From NCBI RefSeq assembly GCF_008000775.2, contig NZ_CP042905.2:3270001-3302000 (forward strand): a stretch of DNA of 32,000 nucleotides, read 5' to 3'. The notes beneath the pieces were generated by a model that made no database searches, had not been told where the DNA came from, and worked only from the letters and a program-made list of their open reading frames with translations. Each line of letters opens with the position of its first letter. Positions within the stretch are counted from its first letter, which is position 1. This DNA comes from Promethearchaeum syntrophicum (GTDB lineage: Archaea; Asgardarchaeota; Lokiarchaeia; Sigyniarchaeales; Promethearchaeaceae). This document shows, piece by piece, positions 27,741-32,000 of the stretch. The position numbers and the translations under genes are program-made.

Positions 27741-27877
27741 ATGGGAAAATTTGCATTAATTAAGGATTAGTAACCAGAAATAGCGGAATAATCATTCGCT
27801 TTGATTTTAGTTCAAAATTGCCTCGCATAAGGGTTGAAATCACGCAAATGAAATAAAAATCTATACACAATTTCCTT

Positions 27878-28243
27878 TTAAACAAATTTAGCAATTTTAT
27901 CGCAAGTTCTTTTCGTGTCTAGAAAAATTAAGCCTAATTTTACGTTTTTTGATGTTGAAATGGTGAGCACAGCATTGGCGCCAGCTGCCATGGTAAGGAC
28001 GTAGCCGTTCTGGCCCCGTACAAACACCTGCTCGAACAACCCCTTCCCGAATTCCTGCGCGGCTCTTTCTGCAAGAGATAAGATTGCAGCAGTCATAGCA
28101 GCGATTCGTGTTTCATCTACATCTGGCGGTAAGGCACTAGCAATCGGGAGACCTTCGATACTTACTACGGCAGCGGATTGAACTTCAGGTATTGAAGCTA
28201 ACAAATTCTTAAGGATTTCTTCGAGTGATTCTTCTTCAGACAT
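27878..28243 (-). CDS. Roadblock/LC7 domain protein
   Basis: 121 aa; VQSAAVVSIEGLPIASALPPDVDETRIAAMTAAILSLAERAAQEFGKG, GQNGYVLTMAAGANAVLTISTSKNVKLGLIFLD. Confidence 0.93.
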   Translation of the reverse strand: MSEEESLEEILKNLLASIPEVQSAAVVSIEGLPIASALPPDVDETRIAAMTAAILSLAERAAQEFGKGLFEQVFVRGQNGYVLTMAAGANAVLTISTSKNVKLGLIFLDTKRTCDKIAKFV

Positions 28244-28383
28244 TTTTAAGACAGTTCTCCCAAATTTTAAATAACACTAATATTCCAGCAATGAAGATTT
28301 AGAGGAATATTTAATAATTGTATTTTATAATTTAAAAATTTATGATTAGAGAATGATTTTTTTTTGAAAATCTTAATTAACAC

Positions 28384-28395
28384 GTTATTAATAAC
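28384..28395. promoter_or_regulatory. Perfect 12-bp palindrome GTTATTAATAAC between Roadblock and RHH genes
   Basis: Sequence equals its own reverse complement and lies between divergent genes. Confidence 0.25.
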
Positions 28396-28673
28396 ATTCC
28401 TTTAAAAAACTATCTGCTTTCTATTCACTTCTTTAAATATAAAACTTTTTACTGAGCAGAAAGTTTAATTTAAGGGGAATTCAGAAATTTTATAAATTCT
28501 TAGGACATTATTATATTTGCGGGAGGAAAGTGCGTATTATCTTACATAATGCCTTTTGAACACGACATATTATGTATTGATTAAAGTAGATGGCAGATTT
28601 TTTGCAACATTTAAAATATGGAAGATATTACGCTGTAATTTACAAAAATATATACCAGAGGCCTAAATCAAAA

Positions 28674-28877
28674 ATGACTCATGGACGACAGAAAATGAAA
28701 AATATAACGATAGCGTTACCTGAAATATATGTTAGAAATCTAGAAAAAATTCAGGAGATTGGAATGGTTCCGTCACGCTCTGAGGCAATTAGATTGGCAA
28801 TACGAGAATTTTTAAAAAAAGAAATAAATAATTGCAAGTTACTAGGTTTTGATCCTGAACGCGTCGATGATGATTAA
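28674..28877 (+). CDS. Ribbon-helix-helix (CopG-like) transcriptional regulator; ORF track start at 28590 is probably too far upstream
   Basis: MKNITIALPEIYVRNLEKIQEIGMVPSRSEAIRLAIREFLKKE is a typical RHH domain; ATG at 28674. Confidence 0.8.
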   Translation: MTHGRQKMKNITIALPEIYVRNLEKIQEIGMVPSRSEAIRLAIREFLKKEINNCKLLGFDPERVDDD

Positions 28878-28954
28878 GCGATTTAATTTTAAAAACTCTT
28901 AAATACTGGTTTTTTATTTATATAAAATTTCTATATTATAACATAGGGATAATT

Positions 28955-29968
28955 ATGGATGAATTTTTATTCGAAAAGATAAGATTAAGAGGTTCTAATT
29001 GTGAATCAATTAAATTTATTGAATTTCCTCATGGTGAGTGGTTTTTATCATACATAACGGAGAACAAAACTCAAATTAGATTTATGCAAAAAATATCGGA
29101 TAAATCTCCATGGACTGATGAGATTTCACAAAATTCAAATGAATTTGAGAGGACATTAACTAAATTCTCACAAATATCTAATATTTCCTTATTTTTCGAT
29201 AACAAAGGAGATTTAATTTTATTATTTAACAGCTTAAATTCGGAAAACCTTCTCGATTTATTCCTTTTATCTTCATATAATTATGGAAAAAGTTGGGAAA
29301 AAGAACCACAATTAATTTCTCATGAGTATACTTCATGGAAACTTCATTCAAATCCAATTATTCTTTCAAAAGGAATAAAAATGGGGAATATCTTAATACC
29401 AATTGAGAATGAACTTGTAAAGCGCTCTTTGGTTTTAATTTCTGAGGATAATAGAAAAAATTGGCATCTTTCGCTGTATGTAGAACCTGATGAAGAATTT
29501 GAAGATGGAAAAGATATACTAGGTTCAACTTCTCCAGTTATTATTGAAGAAAAAAATGATAATTTAAGATTATTATGTTGGATCTCAAATCAGAAATCAA
29601 TTGTAAGTTATGTTTCATCGGATTTTGGAGCAACTTGGTACGAATCTGATCAATTTTCACAATTGAATATAGAAAAAAACGGAGATTTTGATGCGATAAG
29701 ACTTAAAAACAACGATGGATCTTATTCTGAAAAAATATTTATTATTGGAGCACAACAAAAAAAAGGTAAATATCAGATTGTTGTTTGGGCCTTAGAAGAT
29801 AACTCACCAGATATTCAAGTTTTTTGGAAAAATGATGTTTATTATCCATCATCTCCCAAATTTTGTCAAATTTATCAGGATTCGTGCGGTCGAAATCATT
29901 TTCTTTACAAATTTGAAGATGAGATTGTTCATCATTATTGGCAAATTGAGAAAAATGCAGACAAATAG
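28955..29968 (+). CDS. Sialidase-like beta-propeller protein (Asp-box/BNR repeats)
   Basis: Asp-box-like motifs SSYNYGKSWEK, SEDNRKNWHL, SSDFGATWYES; no obvious signal peptide. Confidence 0.65.
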   Translation: MDEFLFEKIRLRGSNCESIKFIEFPHGEWFLSYITENKTQIRFMQKISDKSPWTDEISQNSNEFERTLTKFSQISNISLFFDNKGDLILLFNSLNSENLLDLFLLSSYNYGKSWEKEPQLISHEYTSWKLHSNPIILSKGIKMGNILIPIENELVKRSLVLISEDNRKNWHLSLYVEPDEEFEDGKDILGSTSPVIIEEKNDNLRLLCWISNQKSIVSYVSSDFGATWYESDQFSQLNIEKNGDFDAIRLKNNDGSYSEKIFIIGAQQKKGKYQIVVWALEDNSPDIQVFWKNDVYYPSSPKFCQIYQDSCGRNHFLYKFEDEIVHHYWQIEKNADK

Positions 29969-30011
29969 TTATTTACGAATTAATTATTTACTTATTGTTA
30001 GAGAGAATTAA

Positions 30012-31013
30012 GTGATAACCGTGAAATCTACAATCAGCAGTCATTTTTTGGGCACAAAAGGATTAAGTGAAAAGGAAATTCGCAAGTATTATAAAAATCT
30101 TAAAAGTTTGCGCCAAATAATTCACAGTAGTAGTTCCAACGATCGAATGTCTTCAGAATTTTTTTTTGAATTAAATGGTGGACTTAGATTTTTCTACCAA
30201 GAGTGGCCTGCAATACTTAAAGGGACGGAAAAAACGCCAAAAGTTCTAATTTTCACATTTCACGATACATATAATTGTTCCGATACATTTTATCCGCTAG
30301 CAGACGCATTAACACCACTTGGTGCAACGATCATAGGTTTAGATTATCGTGGTCATGGAAGAACAGGAGGATATGCGGGAGGAAATACGGGAGATCTACG
30401 ATCGTTTCAAGATATTTATAATGATATCAAAAAATTAGTGATATTTTATAAACAGAAGTATCAAATACCAGTTTACTTCTTCGGATATGATATTGGGGCT
30501 CTTATTGCCATGCAAGTGGCATTAAAAAATAAAGATTTGGAAATCAATGGAATAATTTTAGCATCTCCGATATGGCGGCTTAAAAGTTCCCTAAAACATG
30601 TCTTTCTCTATCCTTTTATTACTATTGGGCAGATTTTCTCAAAGGGTAATCCTGTACATAGGGTTTTAGGAGAAAAATTGGAAGAAACATACTTTGAGGA
30701 ATATAAAAACTACGCAAATAATAATCCTTTTCGATTAAAAGAAATGTCTTTTAGAATGTTTAGGAAAATCTTAGATCTTATTAATAATTCTCATTTATTG
30801 GTGCCTCGAACAAAAATTCCATGTTTAATCTTACAAGGTACTTCAGATCCCATAGTAGACCATGTTGCAGTGCATAGATTGTATAAAAATTGGAGACATC
30901 AAAATAAATTTATCCGGTTTTATGAGAATGCAGGTCATAATTTATTTGTTGATAAGTTTACTCAAGAAATTTATGACGAAATCGTACTTTTTATAAAAAA
31001 TCTAAGAGAATAG
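30012..31013 (+). CDS. Alpha/beta hydrolase (monoacylglycerol lipase-like) with GYDIG nucleophile elbow
   Basis: GLDYRGHGRTGG, YFFGYDIGALIAMQVAL, LQGTSDPIVD, YENAGHNLF. Confidence 0.8.
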   Translation: MITVKSTISSHFLGTKGLSEKEIRKYYKNLKSLRQIIHSSSSNDRMSSEFFFELNGGLRFFYQEWPAILKGTEKTPKVLIFTFHDTYNCSDTFYPLADALTPLGATIIGLDYRGHGRTGGYAGGNTGDLRSFQDIYNDIKKLVIFYKQKYQIPVYFFGYDIGALIAMQVALKNKDLEINGIILASPIWRLKSSLKHVFLYPFITIGQIFSKGNPVHRVLGEKLEETYFEEYKNYANNNPFRLKEMSFRMFRKILDLINNSHLLVPRTKIPCLILQGTSDPIVDHVAVHRLYKNWRHQNKFIRFYENAGHNLFVDKFTQEIYDEIVLFIKNLRE

Positions 31014-31043
31014 TAAAAAAGCTAAAAAATCGAAGGTTAACGC

Positions 31044-32000
31044 ATGGATAAAAAAACGAAGGAAAAACTGCAAGATCCAAAAATTCAAAAGATAAATAGC
31101 TCAAAATTGATGTGGAAATTTAGATTTTATGGATTTTTCAAAAATCTACGCTTTTTTGAACCTTTCTTATTAATTATGTTATTGGATCCGAGCATAGGGC
31201 TAAGTTTATTTGAAATCGGACTATTAATATCGATTAGAGAAATTTTTACCTACACCTTTGAAATTCCTTCAGGGGTAATTGCAGATAAATTTGGAAAAAA
31301 GAGAGAACTATTAATATGTTTTGTATTTTACATCATTTCTTTTGTTTTTTATTTTTTTGGATTAGATCCAGATATTGCGGTTTCAAACCTTATATTTTTA
31401 GTTAGTGCCTCGATTTTCTTTGGTTTAGGTGAATCTTTTAGATCGGGAACTCATAAAGCGATGGAATTACTTTGGATGGAAAATGAAGATTTAATGGATT
31501 ATAAAACTCATGTATATGGAAGTACCCGGGCTTATTCTCTACTTGGTTCAGCCCTTTCAGCAATTCTTGCAGTTTTTCTAAAAATATTTATTCCTGCAAA
31601 TAAATGGATATTTTTAATAACAATTATCCCATATATATTGGATTTCATCCTTATTGCTTCTTATCCAAGTTATATGAACGATCATCAACCAATAACAGGG
31701 GGTTATTGGAATCAGTTAAAAATTGGTTTTAAAGGCGTAGGTCCAACACTAAAGTCGAAAAAAATCCGCAAAGCTATATTTTCTTCTGCAATTTATGATG
31801 CTATCTATAAAACTCTTAAGGATTATATTCAGCCGATCATGGTCATTTTTATTTCTATTTTCCTGATTCAAATAGGTAAAGATGAAACAGATACTGAAAC
31901 AGCAAATATCTATATCTCGATAATTCTTGGAGGCATATATTGTATTTTCTATCTTATTTCTTCATTATCATCCCAGAATGCATTTAAACTAAAAAAATTA
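31044..32000 (+). CDS. MFS transporter, truncated at window end
   Basis: ATG at 31044; frame open for 319 codons to 32000; multiple TM helices and GVIADKFGKKRELLICF loop typical of MFS. Confidence 0.8.
   Translation, partial: MDKKTKEKLQDPKIQKINSSKLMWKFRFYGFFKNLRFFEPFLLIMLLDPSIGLSLFEIGLLISIREIFTYTFEIPSGVIADKFGKKRELLICFVFYIISFVFYFFGLDPDIAVSNLIFLVSASIFFGLGESFRSGTHKAMELLWMENEDLMDYKTHVYGSTRAYSLLGSALSAILAVFLKIFIPANKWIFLITIIPYILDFILIASYPSYMNDHQPITGGYWNQLKIGFKGVGPTLKSKKIRKAIFSSAIYDAIYKTLKDYIQPIMVIFISIFLIQIGKDETDTETANIYISIILGGIYCIFYLISSLSSQNAFKLKKL

Noticed and set aside
1-32000. CRISPR array, rRNA, tRNA or complete transposase
   Set aside because: No regularly spaced repeat array, no rRNA-like sequence, no recognisable tRNA and no transposase motif seen by eye; a tRNAscan/Infernal run would be needed to exclude tRNAs or small RNAs firmly.

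Overview
AT-rich archaeal window. The combination of a Roadblock/LC7 protein, a eukaryote-like JAMM/MPN protease, a TFB paralogue and a geranylgeranyl-reductase-family enzyme suggests an Asgard archaeon (inference). Ordinary content: nucleoside phosphorylase, DUF547 protein, FAD oxidoreductase, DNA methyltransferase, hybrid histidine kinase, thioredoxin, a full dipeptide/oligopeptide ABC transporter locus, hydrolases, a glycoside hydrolase, TPR and LRR proteins, a sialidase-like protein and a truncated MFS transporter. The most striking signal is in the gap 3937-4149, which the ORF track leaves unannotated. A 70-codon reading frame there has four in-frame TGA codons and no in-frame TAA/TAG before its terminal TAA. 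Read through, it gives MVEISLSSTITCPHCGSTEEIPLTDNSUDLRLICRNCNKVIEGGENIHGUSUVFCTYGNYPULAIQRKNL, which resembles the small GDCCVxC (seleno)protein family, with three of the four TGAs at family cysteine positions. A hairpin with archaeal-SECIS-like features lies just downstream (4161-4212). A second signal is a set of Roadblock/LC7 3'-end fragments (24890-24982 and 25902-26027) near an intact Roadblock gene (27878-28243). Their differences from the intact gene are almost all synonymous, and one is now a 41-codon ORF starting 2 nt after the LRR gene stop.
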